DNA from: an uncultured delta proteobacterium
GTDB lineage: Bacteria > Desulfobacterota > Binatia > Bin18
Direction: 5' to 3'
Length of the DNA: 64,000 nucleotides
Assembly (NCBI GenBank): GCA_963733195.1
Contig: CAVTCR010000059.1
Span: forward strand, 64,001-128,000
Position 1 is the first letter of the stretch, and the number at the start of each line of letters is the position of its first letter. The position numbers and the translations under genes are program-made. A model generated the notes under the pieces. The model saw only the letters and a list, made by a program, of their open reading frames with translations, had not been told where the DNA came from and made no database searches. Of the stretch, positions 1-10,885 are shown piece after piece.

Positions 1-1791
1 CCCCGAGTTGGGCGATCTGTCTGGCGGTGGACAACCGATCAAGCCGCGCCAGTAGTGCTTCTTGCAGGGTCGCGGGAATCGCCAGCGTTGTAGCGGGCCG
101 TCAGCTCATGTGCCCTGTCGACTCCGTAGCTACTCGACTCCACGACATTTTCGTCAACTCCTCCACAAACAGCGGTACTCCATCCGTCTTGGTACGAATC
201 TGCTCGATGACCTCAGCCGGAGAGCGCTTTACCTCCCGCTGACTTTCTCAATCATCGCCTCGACCTGCTTCTGCCCCAGCCGATTGAGCACCAGTTGGTG
301 AGATATGTGAGCGGGTTTCCACGGCGGCGTAAAATTCAGGGCGAAAGGTCAGCACGAGCAGGATTTGGTGGTCGGGAATCTGCTCGATGAGCAGACGTCA
401 GAAACTCCAACGACGAGGGGTCGGCCCAGTGCAGGTCTTCCCAGGTGCAGACACTGTCGCTTGCCGCTCGGCTTGCGCCATGACAATTGCACCAGGGCTT
501 GCATGGTCCTCTCTTTCTGCTTCTGCGGTGTGAGGTTAGCGGCGGATAGCCTGCGGGTGTGGCAGCGAGAACAGCGCAGTAAAGAGCGGCACGGTATCTT
601 GCCTGGTGGAAGCGATAGCTGGCTGAGCCGTGCTGGAGTTTCTCCATCTTTCTTGCGGGGTCTCGACGCGTCAAACCGCAACGTGCGTTGTAAAACTTCG
701 ATCAGCGGATACAAGGCGCTGTGTTGATGATAGGGTGAGCAGCGGGCTTCAATAGAGTAACGAGCCTTCGCTGGTGACGTGCTCTCGTAGTGTGTTGACC
801 AAGCGTGATTTGCCAATGCCCGGCTTCACCACTGAGCAAGACGACTTGCCCTCGGCCTTCTTTGGCCTGCTCCCAACGGTCGATCAGTAGCCCGACTTCT
901 TGTTCGCGCCCGACCAATGGCGTCAGTGTCGTTTTGACCGCCACTGCCAATGGCTGACGGCGCTCGTGCCGTTCACTCTGCACGTGATAGACCGCAAGCG
1001 GTGTATCAATGCCTTTGAGCAAATGCGAGCCAAACGGCTGACACTCAAACATGCCCGTCGATCAAGCGTTGGGTGGCGGCACTGATGATCACCGTGTTGG
1101 GTTCGGCTAAGCCTTGTATCCGTGCGGCGATATTCGGCGTCTCGCCCAAGGCCGAGTGCTCTGGTTGGTCGCTGCTTGCCGATTTCGCCCACCACCACTA
1201 AACCGGTGTGAATACCAATGCGGACTTGGAGAGGCGTCGCATGGAGTCGTCGCCTTCGGCCCCTAGTCGTCTGTCCCTGAATTGCCGCGATGATTTCCAA
1301 TCCTGTCCGCACTGCCCTTCGGGCGTCATCTTCATGTGCGACGGGATAGCCGAAGTACACCAACAGCCCATCGCCCAGATACTGCGCCAGGTACCCTCAT
1401 GCTGCTGAATGACTGCGGCGCAGAGTCTGTTGATACTGTTGCACCACGGTCCGGTAGTCTTCGGGATCAAGTTGACGACAAGGCGGTCGAACCCACCAGA
1501 TCACAGAACAGCACCGTCAATTGGCGCCGCTCCGCGGCGGCGTCTAGGTCTGGGGTCTAGCGTCTGTCGTTCGTGACTTTGGACCTTGGACTTTGACCTT
1601 GGACTTGTTTTGACTCTAGACTCTGGACTCCAGACTGCCGCGTGAAGCGGCGTGCCACATTTCCCACAAAACTTGGCAGTTGGTTTTACTTCCTGCCCGC
1701 AACTTGGACAACTGCGCACGAGCTGGGCTCCGCATTCTTCGCAGAAATTCATCCCTTCTGGATTCTGAGCCCCACAGCGTGTGCACTGCAT
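1..1791 (-). CDS. Double zinc ribbon - class III nucleotide cyclase - STAND/AAA NTPase protein (paralog 1); frameshifted, runs off the window edge
   Basis: Fragments in successive frames: CTRC..CEEC..CPSC..CGKC zinc ribbons, [38 protein letters not shown](IGKS) Walker [12 protein letters not shown] Walker B, ARLDRL. Confidence 0.9.
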
Positions 1792-1967
1792 AGAGATTCT
1801 TTACCGTCTTGCTCTCCCCTTTAGCAAGGGGAAAGCGTTGAGAAGAATCATTCCCCATCACTTCCCTGCAACATTTCCCTTGCAGCACCGCAAGTCTTTT
1901 CTTTCGTGCGTCTCCCTCTTTCCTGGCTAACCCCTTGATAAAACGCCACTCCACATTTTTTCCTCGC

Positions 1968-1983
1968 TGGCATCGGCCTTGCT
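1968..1983 (+). promoter_or_regulatory. Sigma-54 (-24/-12) promoter
   Basis: TGGCATCGGCCTTGCT has GG-N10-GC spacing. It lies ~50 bp before ATG 2032 (SD AAGGAGGT), and a sigma-54 activator is encoded downstream. Confidence 0.75.
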
Positions 1984-2031
1984 CTTTCTTATTCGCAGGA
2001 ACTCACAATAAAACGAAGGAGGTACAAAACA

Positions 2032-2271
2032 ATGCAACACGTACAACAGATCGAAACACTGACTGGGCAACGCTCTCCTGTAGCTCCGCTACGAGTCACT
2101 ACGGTTCAGCCGTCCTTATGGCAGCGAATTCAAACACAGATGAAGGAAACGGGCATGGCTGAGACCTTAGCCGAGGTTATTCTTGCCACTGCAACGTTTT
2201 CTCTTGTTGGCGGACTGCTCTTCGGTCTCTACCGTGCACTTGAGTCCTACACCATTATCCCTTTGCCGTAA
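2032..2271 (+). CDS. Small membrane protein (79 aa, one C-terminal TM helix), unknown function
   Basis: Strong SD, upstream sigma-54 promoter, hydrophobic segment VILATATFSLVGGLLFGLY. Confidence 0.75.
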   Translation: MQHVQQIETLTGQRSPVAPLRVTTVQPSLWQRIQTQMKETGMAETLAEVILATATFSLVGGLLFGLYRALESYTIIPLP

Positions 2272-2304
2272 CTGCCCGAGAGATTCATCACAAAAGATGA
2301 AATT

Positions 2305-2933
2305 ATGATATCTTGGGTACTTCTACTTGGCGTTCCTCTCCTGGTCTGGGCCGGATGCGGGAGCATTTCTCGCACCTTTATGAACGCGAGTTGGCGTGAC
2401 CGATGGCAGCAGCCAGAGGCTGTCATTCACTCACTTTCCCTCCAACCTGGTAACCAGGTTGCAGATCTCGGTGCTGGTGGTGGGTACTTCACGTTTCGTT
2501 TAGCTGACGCTGTTGGTCCGACAGGAAAAGTGTATGCTGTCGATATCGACAAGGGAAACCTTGAATACATCGCCAACCAAGCAGCGAAGAGAGGCTATCG
2601 TAACGTCGAAACGGTCTTGGCGAAACCGGATGATCCGCTCTTGCCCGAGGGGACAGTCGATCTGATCTTTACCTGTAACACATACCACCATCTGACAAAC
2701 CGAACTGACTATTTTCAATTCGCCGCGCGCTACCTACGGCCAGAGGGCCGTATCGCGGTTATCGACTTGGCGGGAAAAAGCTGGATCTTCCGTATCCTTG
2801 GCCATTGGACACCGAAGGAAACTAGTCGTCGCGAGATGGAAGCGGCAGGATATTTACTGACGAAGGATTTTGACTTTCTCACGCGGCAAACGTTCAGGTA
2901 TTTCAGAAAAATCTTGAACCCCACACATCTTGA
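2305..2933 (+). CDS. Class I SAM-dependent methyltransferase with N-terminal signal or lipoprotein peptide; true end probably ~2933 after a frameshift
   Basis: VADLGAGGGYFT motif I, VYAVDI, VDLIF..TYHHL, LRPEGRI; the ORF-track tail overlaps the next gene. Confidence 0.85.
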
Positions 2934-2971
2934 TCGCAACAGCGAACACGCGCATAGAATAGCAAAGGATC

Positions 2972-5032
2972 ATGGAAGCCATTTACCTCATTGCCACCTT
3001 TGCCTTTTTTGTCACTGCCGGTATCTATGGACTACTTACCCATCTCGTCTGGCACAAGCGCGTCAAAAGTGAACAAGACTGGGTCTTTCTGGTGACCATG
3101 ATCGCCTGCGGGTACTGGTGTCTCAGCAACGCGATAGTTTCCTCTTTTGGCACCGTTCTCGAAAAACCCTCGAACACCCTGAGCACGTTCCTCTTTCAAA
3201 CCAGTTATCCGGTTCTGTATCTGGTCCCTTCTTTGATCCGACATTGTCTGGTGCTGAGCCGACTTTCGTTCAGTGGATGGCAACGTCGGCTCTCCCTGGC
3301 TCTGAACTATCTTGGTATTCTGCCAGTCCTCTATCATCTCTATGCTTCTCCTAGACCCCTACCAGAACACTACGGTCCCGCTTTTTCTATTCTGCTGTTT
3401 GTCTATCTCCCACTCACCATCATCGAAATCAAAAAGAGAAAAGAGCTGCGTACCCGCTATATTCATAAACCAGGAGCGCGATTGATTGTGTATCTTGGTC
3501 TCGGTGGTGTCCTCGTGATGTGTGGGCTCTCTTCTTTTTTCTGCTACCTCTACCCAGATAAAGCTCCATTCATTTCTCTGCTTCCTAAACTATCTCCGCT
3601 CCCCCCAGCCCTTGCCATCGCGTACAGCGTACTTCGCTATCGCTTCATGGACATGGTGCTAACCCGCAGCCTGCTCTACTCTACCTTGGGTGGGCTGTTC
3701 CTTGGCTTCTCCCTACTGATCGCCTACTACGGAGGAGCCTGGCTTTTCCCAGATCACCGTTTTCGTCCTATCGCCTTTGCGATCCGCTTTGTCCTCATTC
3801 TCTTCGCTTTTCACCTCCTGCTCCATGTCTTGCGCGATGGGTTACAAAAAGGTATCGAGCACTCGTTCTTCCGCCGCCGTTTGCGCAGTGCGGAAGTGTT
3901 GAAACATTTTAGTCAAAGACTTTCTTCCTGGTCAGATTTGGACGGTTTGTGTCGGGATGTAGTCGAGAAGATCACCAATAGTTTAAGTCTCACCTCAGCG
4001 ACGATCGTGTTCGCGGACGGGATACAATACGCTAGCGATGGAACAACAGGAATGCAACCTGTGATCCCCATACAAGCACTGATCCAAACGAACGACTCCC
4101 TGGTAGTCATTGAAGAAGCGCCCGAAGGGCCACTCAAGACTGCATGCACTGAAGCGCAGATCGGAGTCGTGGTTACGCTCCCATGTCGAGAGCAACGTGG
4201 GTGGCTGCTGTTGGGAGAGAAATACTCTGGCAGACCATTTTTTAGCCAAGAGCTGGTACTCATCGAGGCAGCGTGTGGACAACTAGCGATGGCAATCGAC
4301 AATCTCTTGCTCGTACAGTCTAAACTCGCGCTTGAACGAGAGATGCAGCATCGCGAGAAACTTGCTGCAATCGGTCAACTCGCGGCGACGGTCGCCCATG
4401 AGATTCGCAATCCGATCACCGGCGCGAAATGCCTGCTCCAACAAGTAGGCGATGAATTGAACGGCAACGCACAGGGGAAAGAGTATGTACAACTCGCACT
4501 CGAAGATCTCGACCGAGTCGAGCAGAGCGTCAGTCAGCTTCTTACCTTTGCCCGTAAAGAAGATTTTCAGTTTACCGAACAAGATGTGACTGACTTAGTG
4601 CGCTCGACAGTCCAGCGGTTTGTTGCCCAAACGTCTGAAAAGGCAGTGGCTGTCCAGATTCAGGACTCTGCACCGATGTGGGCGACAATTGATGAAGAGA
4701 AAATGCGGCGGACGTTGCTCAATTTATTGGCCAATGCGCGTGATGCAGTGAATGGCAACGGGACCATCACAGTTAGCCTTGCAGCAGCCGGACCAGACGT
4801 GGAGATTCAAGTGAGTGATAACGGTCAGGGGCTATCGCAGGAAGACCAGAAGCGAATTTTTGAACCATTTTTCACTACCAAAGAAAAAGGCACGGGACTC
4901 GGATTAGCAATCGCAAAAAAAATCATCGAAGGACATGGTGGACAGATTTCAGTCACTAGCACATTAGGGAAAGGAACGACGTTCACCCTGACAATTCCAC
5001 GCCAACGACCAGAAACGAGATCAGCCGCATGA
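2972..5032 (+). CDS. Multi-TM sensor histidine kinase (TM bundle - GAF-like - HisKA - HATPase)
   Basis: AHEIRNP H-box, NLLANA N-box, DNGQG, FEPFFTTK, GTGLGL; many hydrophobic helices at the N-terminus. Confidence 0.95.
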   Translation: MEAIYLIATFAFFVTAGIYGLLTHLVWHKRVKSEQDWVFLVTMIACGYWCLSNAIVSSFGTVLEKPSNTLSTFLFQTSYPVLYLVPSLIRHCLVLSRLSFSGWQRRLSLALNYLGILPVLYHLYASPRPLPEHYGPAFSILLFVYLPLTIIEIKKRKELRTRYIHKPGARLIVYLGLGGVLVMCGLSSFFCYLYPDKAPFISLLPKLSPLPPALAIAYSVLRYRFMDMVLTRSLLYSTLGGLFLGFSLLIAYYGGAWLFPDHRFRPIAFAIRFVLILFAFHLLLHVLRDGLQKGIEHSFFRRRLRSAEVLKHFSQRLSSWSDLDGLCRDVVEKITNSLSLTSATIVFADGIQYASDGTTGMQPVIPIQALIQTNDSLVVIEEAPEGPLKTACTEAQIGVVVTLPCREQRGWLLLGEKYSGRPFFSQELVLIEAACGQLAMAIDNLLLVQSKLALEREMQHREKLAAIGQLAATVAHEIRNPITGAKCLLQQVGDELNGNAQGKEYVQLALEDLDRVEQSVSQLLTFARKEDFQFTEQDVTDLVRSTVQRFVAQTSEKAVAVQIQDSAPMWATIDEEKMRRTLLNLLANARDAVNGNGTITVSLAAAGPDVEIQVSDNGQGLSQEDQKRIFEPFFTTKEKGTGLGLAIAKKIIEGHGGQISVTSTLGKGTTFTLTIPRQRPETRSAA

Positions 5033-6405
5033 AGGGCACGATCTTAGTTGTTGATGACGAGCGCTCCATTCGTATCGGCCTCAAAGGACTGCTGAGTAAA
5101 GAAGGCTATGAGGTGACTATTGCAGAGAGTGGAAACGAGGCGCTGCGGTTTCTTGAGAGTCAGGAATATGACCTCGTACTTACTGATTTGCGCATGGCAG
5201 GCCTTGATGGTCTGAGTTTGCTGAAGAAGATCAAGGAGCAGTATCCTGAAACCTTCGTTATGCTGATGACGGCCTACGGCTCGGAGAAGATCGCGGTCGA
5301 AGCAATGAAGGCTGGAGCACGGGATTACCTGATCAAGCCGTTTGATAACGACGAGGTAAAAATCCTCGTTCGCCAAGCACTCGAACAACGCGGATTACAA
5401 CGTCAAGTGCAGCACTTGCATGAGCGACTCGATGCGACGTTCCGCTTTGAAAATATTCTTGGCACCAGCCCAGCCATGCAACGTGTGTTTGATGTGGTGA
5501 AGAAAGTCGCGCCAACTGATCTGACCGTACTGATTACTGGTGAAAGTGGAACCGGGAAAGAGTTGATCGCCAACGCTCTCCACCAAAACAGTCCGCGCAA
5601 GAGTGGACCGTTCATCAAAGTCAACTGTGCAGCTATGGCTCGGGAGTTAGTCGAGTCTGAACTTTTTGGTCATGAGAAAGGCGCGTTTACTGGAGCGACT
5701 GCCTCACGCGAGGGAAAGTTTGAAGCAGCGGACGGTGGAACGCTTTTTCTTGATGAGATTGGAGATATGCCAATCGAAACCCAAGCCAAGGTTCTCCGTG
5801 TATTGCAAGAACGGGAGTTTGAACGCGTCGGTGGTAATCGGACGATCAAAGTTGACGTGCGGGTGATTGCCGCAACCAATAGAAGTTTGCAACAGATGGT
5901 AACAGAGGGGAAGTTTCGTGAAGATCTATTCTTTCGCTTGAACGTCGTTCCTCTCATGTTACCAGCATTGCGTGAGCGGCGTGAGGATATTCCCCTCCTT
6001 GCGACGCATTTCCTCAAAGAAGTCATCGCTCGTTATGGACGTGGACCAGCGACATTCTCTGCTGACGCGTACAGTTTGCTGCTGAGCGCATCCTGGCCAG
6101 GCAACGTGCGCGAACTGAAAAACGTGATCGAAGCATCAGCCGTTCTTGCTTCAGAAGCAGAAATCCAGGTGACCGATTTACGGTTGAATCAGCAGGTCTT
6201 ACCAACAGAGGTTCCTGGTGTAACAACCTTCAAAGAAGCCAAACAGCACGTCGTCGATTCCTTTGAGCGTGATTTCATCACTCGTGCCCTCCACCGCCAT
6301 CAAGGAAACGTGACCAAAGCCGCAGCAGAAATGGGCATGCTCCGGCAGCAGTTACAACAGAAAATTCGTGAGCTAGGACTCAAAGACGGGCAAGAGAGTG
6401 AGTAA
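5029..6405 (+). CDS. Sigma-54-dependent response regulator (NtrC/AtoC family bEBP)
   Basis: REC (ILVVDDE, DLRM), GESGTGKE, GAFTGA, LFLDEIG, WPGNVREL, Fis-type HTH. Confidence 0.97.
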   Translation: MKGTILVVDDERSIRIGLKGLLSKEGYEVTIAESGNEALRFLESQEYDLVLTDLRMAGLDGLSLLKKIKEQYPETFVMLMTAYGSEKIAVEAMKAGARDYLIKPFDNDEVKILVRQALEQRGLQRQVQHLHERLDATFRFENILGTSPAMQRVFDVVKKVAPTDLTVLITGESGTGKELIANALHQNSPRKSGPFIKVNCAAMARELVESELFGHEKGAFTGATASREGKFEAADGGTLFLDEIGDMPIETQAKVLRVLQEREFERVGGNRTIKVDVRVIAATNRSLQQMVTEGKFREDLFFRLNVVPLMLPALRERREDIPLLATHFLKEVIARYGRGPATFSADAYSLLLSASWPGNVRELKNVIEASAVLASEAEIQVTDLRLNQQVLPTEVPGVTTFKEAKQHVVDSFERDFITRALHRHQGNVTKAAAEMGMLRQQLQQKIRELGLKDGQESE

Positions 6406-6465
6406 CGAGAAAAGCGACCTATATGTAAAGCACACCAAGAGATGAATTTTTGCTTGCAGGCACCG

Positions 6466-6528
6466 TGGCGGGCGCAGCCCGCCCTACGTGTTTTCGTGGA
6501 TTTAGGGTAGGGCAGGCTGTGCCTGCCA
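6466..6528. repeat. Inverted pair of GTAG-type REP palindromes
   Basis: tggcgggcgcagcccgccctac ... gtagggcaggctgtgcctgcca, between convergent genes. Confidence 0.7.
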
Positions 6529-6554
6529 TCGTCGGACGATAGGAAGAAAAGGAA

Positions 6555-6907
6555 TTATGCAGCTTCGCGAAGGGAAGAGGGCGCATTGGCGGCACGCCAG
6601 CGGCGTAAGCCCATGCGTAAATATTCAGGATCAAGACCTAACACGTGGCAGATGTTCATGAAGCTGCACAGCCAGGTTGCATCATCCTCCATAACCCATG
6701 TTTCTGCCTCATGAAACAGACGTTTACCACGTCGGTTGGTCGCAGCCGCATAGCGCATATACGTCCCCAGACCGTTCTCCAAGACTGCCCACAAGAGGGC
6801 ACACTCTGGCTGCTTGCTGATACGCTCAGCAACTGCTGGAGGAGGCTCAGCAAAGGGGGCAAACATTGGCAATTCGTCCTTAATCATAGACTCTGTCCTG
6901 TCCATCC
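6555..6907 (-). CDS. Conserved hypothetical protein
   Basis: PECALLWAVLE...EAETWV...SFMNICHVLGLDPEYLR helical motif; start uncertain. Confidence 0.65.
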
Positions 6908-7041
6908 CCACCACAAAATCGGGAGGACCTGAGGAAAGGGAACGGCATAAGGGACAAAAGGTTAGACGTGTGACTACACGAAAGAATTCACACGTCGGGA
7001 GACAAAGAAAGAATAAGACAAGCTGACTATTACCGTCGCTG

Positions 7042-8046
7042 CTAATTCTCGCCACGTAAGCGTCGTTCGATTTCCCTTAATTGCGGAGCTTCAGCCAGGG
7101 CAATGACACTGTCACCGGCTTCAAGTTTCTCTTCTGCGTTCGGATTAAACAGCATCCTTCCAGAGGCTTGTTTGATTGCAACAACGATAATCCCTGGTTG
7201 CTCGCACAGTCCTGAAGCACGAAGCGTGACTCCTCTACACGGCGAGGAGGAAGCGACACTCACCTCCTCCATTTGCACTTCCAGGCTTTGGTGATGCGTT
7301 GCCAGGTCAATAATATCGACGACTGCCGGGCGGAGCGCAGCTTGCGCCATGCGATGACCGCCCATTGCATAGGGAGAGATGACCTTATCCGCACCGGCGC
7401 GCAACAGTGTCCGTTCACTGCGATCGCTCTCAGCTCGCGCGACAATGAATAGAGTTGAATTTACCCCTTTTGCTGTCAAGGTCACGAAGACATTGTCGGC
7501 ATCCGTTGCCAGTGCCGCAAAGAGCCCCTTGGCACGCTGCGCACCAGCACTCATCAGAATCTGTTCATCGGTTGCATCACCCGTAAGAACGAGATGCTCA
7601 GCAGCTTCAGCAGCACGGACGCGCTCTCCCTCTTTCTCAATAATCACAAACGGCACCGGTTTTGAGGCTAACTCACGGCAGAGAATCTCACCGATACGAC
7701 CAAACCCACAGACGATATAGTGATCAGTCAGCGCTTCAATTTGTTTCTGCATTCGTCGTCTCCCGAAGAATTGTTGAAATTCACCCTCGACAACCTTCTC
7801 CATTACTGCGGTCACCGTGTACAGCACCACCCCTAAACCACCGGCAATAAGAAGCATAGTGAAAATCTGACCGGTCGGACTCAGGGGTCGCACCTCGCGA
7901 AAGCCTACCGTCGAGAGCGTGGTCACAGTCATGTAGAATGCGTCGAGCCAGGAGTACTGTTCCAACAGTCGGTAGCCAAGAACTCCTATAGCAATGACAC
8001 CAATGAGGAGGAACATCGCGCCTCGAAGGCCGGAGAGTAGTGCCAC
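7042..8046 (-). CDS. Potassium channel protein with RCK (TrkA-N/TrkA-C) domains
   Basis: Pore TTLSTVGFREV, YIVCGFGRIG Rossmann motif, GDAT, C-terminal TrkA-C. Confidence 0.93.
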   Translation of the reverse strand: MALLSGLRGAMFLLIGVIAIGVLGYRLLEQYSWLDAFYMTVTTLSTVGFREVRPLSPTGQIFTMLLIAGGLGVVLYTVTAVMEKVVEGEFQQFFGRRRMQKQIEALTDHYIVCGFGRIGEILCRELASKPVPFVIIEKEGERVRAAEAAEHLVLTGDATDEQILMSAGAQRAKGLFAALATDADNVFVTLTAKGVNSTLFIVARAESDRSERTLLRAGADKVISPYAMGGHRMAQAALRPAVVDIIDLATHHQSLEVQMEEVSVASSSPCRGVTLRASGLCEQPGIIVVAIKQASGRMLFNPNAEEKLEAGDSVIALAEAPQLREIERRLRGEN

Positions 8047-8252
8047 AACCGCCCTTTCGTCTCGTGTCTTAGATCAGAGAAATCAACTCTTACCGAAGCC
8101 GTCGTCGCATCGCGGCATCAAGCTTAAAGTCACTGGCAGGATTTGTATACACGGAGTAATCCTACTGCACAACAAAACAGCGAAAGATACGCATCCGATT
8201 GACGGCCAGTGACTGTTTCCATAGTACATACCTGCACCCCAGACTGTGATCT

Positions 8253-9677
8253 ATGGAAGCGCTAGCGATGAGCGACGATCAGCAAGCCCTGAGGCAGCAT
8301 TACGACGTGCTGGTGGCAGGAGGTGGAAACGCTGCGTTGTGTGCGGCGATTACTGCTGCCAGAGCCGGAGCGTCGGTCCTCATTGTTGAAGCAGCACCAA
8401 AGACGATGCGAGGTGGCAACAGTCGACACACTCGGAATATGCGGGTAGCCCACGATACCGGAAACGGTATACTCACTGGTCCGTATCCGGTCGATGAGTA
8501 TTGGCATGACTTATTGCGTGTCACCGGCGGCCAGACTGACGAGCACCTCGCGCGTTTGACACTTGATCGCTCCAAGGAGCTATGGGACTGGCACCAACAA
8601 CAGGGAGTGCGGTTTCAACCATCACTTAGCGGAACTTTGAGTCTTGGTCGTACTAACGCCTTCTTTCTTGGCGGTGGTAAAGCCCTGCTCAATGCACTTT
8701 ACCGCACTGCTGTAGCGCTTGGCGTGCGTGTTGTCTACGAAGCGAAGGTCGTCGATCTTGCAATTACGGATGGTGCTTTTCGTTCAGCGACCATACAGAA
8801 GGAGAATGCGAGTTACCAGGTCACAGCTAACTGCTTTGTGGCTGCAGCCGGTGGTTTTGAAGCGAATATCGAATGGTTGACCGAGTATTGGGGTGAGGCA
8901 GCCAACAACTTCCTCATCCGTGGTACGCCTCATAATCGTGGTGAGGTGCTCCGGCTCTTGTTGAACTATAATGCGCAAGCTGTTGGTGATCCTAAGCAAT
9001 GTCATGCCGTTGCCATCGACGGTCGCGCGCCGAAGTTCGATGGTGGCATTGTCACGCGGCTTGACTGTGTGCCGTTTGGTATTGTGGTGAACAAACATGG
9101 CGAACGTTTCTATGATGAAGGCGAAGACTTCTGGCCCAAGCGGTATGCGATCTGGGGACGGCTGGTAGCCATGCAACCTGATCAGATCGCGTTCGCATTG
9201 ATTGATGCCACATCGATCGATCTCTTTATGCCCTCTGTGTATCCACCAGAACAATCGGATACGCTCGAAGGATTGGCGGAAAAGTTATCTCTTGATCCCG
9301 CGCGGTTGCGGGCAACGGTGAAGACATTCAACGCTGCCTGTCGTCCAGGAACGTTCGATCACACCATTCACGACGATTGCTATACTGAGGGAGTCACACC
9401 GCCAAAATCGCATTGGGCGCGCCCTCTCGCAACGTCGCCGTTCTATGGGTATCCGCTGCGGCCAGGAATCACGTTCACGTACCTTGGCGTTAAGGTTGAT
9501 GCTAGCGCTCGCATCGTCATGACCGGTGGTAATGCATCACCTAATATGTTCGCTGCCGGTGAGATCATGGCTGGCAATCTACTCGGTAAAGGGTATCTGG
9601 CTGGTATTGGCATGACGATCGGCAGTGTCTTTGGCCGGATTGCAGGGCAGGAGGCTGTGCGACATGCACGCCACTAG
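8253..9677 (+). CDS. tcuA: FAD-dependent tricarballylate dehydrogenase
   Basis: VAGGGNAALCAA, GGNSRHTRN, LGRTNAFFLGGGKAL, FWPKRYAIWG; adjacent tcuB. Confidence 0.93.
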   Translation: MEALAMSDDQQALRQHYDVLVAGGGNAALCAAITAARAGASVLIVEAAPKTMRGGNSRHTRNMRVAHDTGNGILTGPYPVDEYWHDLLRVTGGQTDEHLARLTLDRSKELWDWHQQQGVRFQPSLSGTLSLGRTNAFFLGGGKALLNALYRTAVALGVRVVYEAKVVDLAITDGAFRSATIQKENASYQVTANCFVAAAGGFEANIEWLTEYWGEAANNFLIRGTPHNRGEVLRLLLNYNAQAVGDPKQCHAVAIDGRAPKFDGGIVTRLDCVPFGIVVNKHGERFYDEGEDFWPKRYAIWGRLVAMQPDQIAFALIDATSIDLFMPSVYPPEQSDTLEGLAEKLSLDPARLRATVKTFNAACRPGTFDHTIHDDCYTEGVTPPKSHWARPLATSPFYGYPLRPGITFTYLGVKVDASARIVMTGGNASPNMFAAGEIMAGNLLGKGYLAGIGMTIGSVFGRIAGQEAVRHARH

Positions 9678-10773
9678 CATGCACGCCGAAGCCAATCGGC
9701 AAATGACGATCTGCAACGCCTGCCGTTACTGCGAAGGTCTGTGTGCAGTGTTCCCAGCAATGGAACAGAGGCGCACCTTTAGTGATGGCAGCCTCGAATA
9801 CCTCGCCAATCTGTGCCACAGTTGCGGCGCGTGTTACTACGCCTGCCAGTATGCACCACCGCACGAATTCGCTGTGAACGTGCCGAAGATTTTTGCTGAG
9901 CTGAGATCAGAATCGTATGCACGTTCAGCCTGGCCGCAGGCGTTAGCGCCACTGTTTCGGAGGAATGGCCTTGTCCTCACGCTAGCAGCCGCCATCGCCG
10001 TTGCGCTTTTCATTGGCGGGTTTGTTGCTGTCCATGACGCCGAGGCTCTGTTTGCCGTGCATACGGGACCAGGGGCATTTTATCGCCTCATGCCGCACGA
10101 CACGATGGTGGCGCTCTTCGGCGGTGTCTTCATATTTGCAGTGGTAGCCATCGCACTGAGTGTGCGTGCGTTTTGGCGGGTGACCGGTGGTGGAATGGTG
10201 ACAATGTCAGATGTGTTGACTGCGGGACGTTCGGCTGTCACGCTGCGATACCTCGATGGGGGTGGCAACGGGTGCATGAATCATGACGAGCAACCCAATG
10301 ACCATCGCCGGTTCTATCATCACTTCACGTTTTATGGCTTCTTGCTATGTTTTGCTTCGACCTCGTTAGCGACGCTTTTACATAACGGTCTCGGCTGGCA
10401 AGCGCCGTATGCATGGTACAATCCCGTTGTACTTCTTGGTGTTCTTGGAGGGATTGGTTTACTGATTGGGCCAGTGGGACTCCTCCACGCGAAGCACATG
10501 CGTGATTCCAGCGTCGTTGATACACGTGCTCATGGTATGGAGGTCGGATTTCTCGTTATGCTGTTCCTCACAAGTGCCTCGGGTTTACTGCTGTTGGTGT
10601 TGCGTGCCACCCCAGCGATGGGGGTTCTCTTGGCGTTTCATCTCGGCGTCGTCTTCGCTTTGTTTTTGACGTTTCCGTATGGAAAATTCGTTCACGGTAT
10701 CTATCGATACGCGGCTCTTATCCGCTTTGCTCGCGAGAACAAACTCCCTATCTCCGGATCTTCAGACGGGTGA
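9664..10773 (+). CDS. tcuB: Tricarballylate utilization 4Fe-4S membrane protein
   Basis: ICNACRYCEGLCAVFPAME, CHSCGACYYACQYAPPHEF, PYGKFVHG, multiple TMs. Confidence 0.93.
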   Translation: MHATSMHAEANRQMTICNACRYCEGLCAVFPAMEQRRTFSDGSLEYLANLCHSCGACYYACQYAPPHEFAVNVPKIFAELRSESYARSAWPQALAPLFRRNGLVLTLAAAIAVALFIGGFVAVHDAEALFAVHTGPGAFYRLMPHDTMVALFGGVFIFAVVAIALSVRAFWRVTGGGMVTMSDVLTAGRSAVTLRYLDGGGNGCMNHDEQPNDHRRFYHHFTFYGFLLCFASTSLATLLHNGLGWQAPYAWYNPVVLLGVLGGIGLLIGPVGLLHAKHMRDSSVVDTRAHGMEVGFLVMLFLTSASGLLLLVLRATPAMGVLLAFHLGVVFALFLTFPYGKFVHGIYRYAALIRFARENKLPISGSSDG

Positions 10774-10885
10774 CGACTGTATCGTCAGAAGCAAGAGCGA
10801 TGCATTTTCAGGAATGTCCAAAGAGGACTTCCCCAAGCCGCAATCATCCGCTAAACCGGACTTCAAGAGATCGGTGTGCCAGAGT

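Noticed and set aside
2140-2271. 79-aa peptide as Flp pilin or PEP-CTERM protein
   Set aside because: No Glu at +5 after Gly, and the IPLP motif follows rather than precedes the TM helix
9663-9688. Short direct repeat catgcacgcc at the tcuA/tcuB junction
   Set aside because: Only 10 bp and compatible with ordinary overlapping stop/start coding
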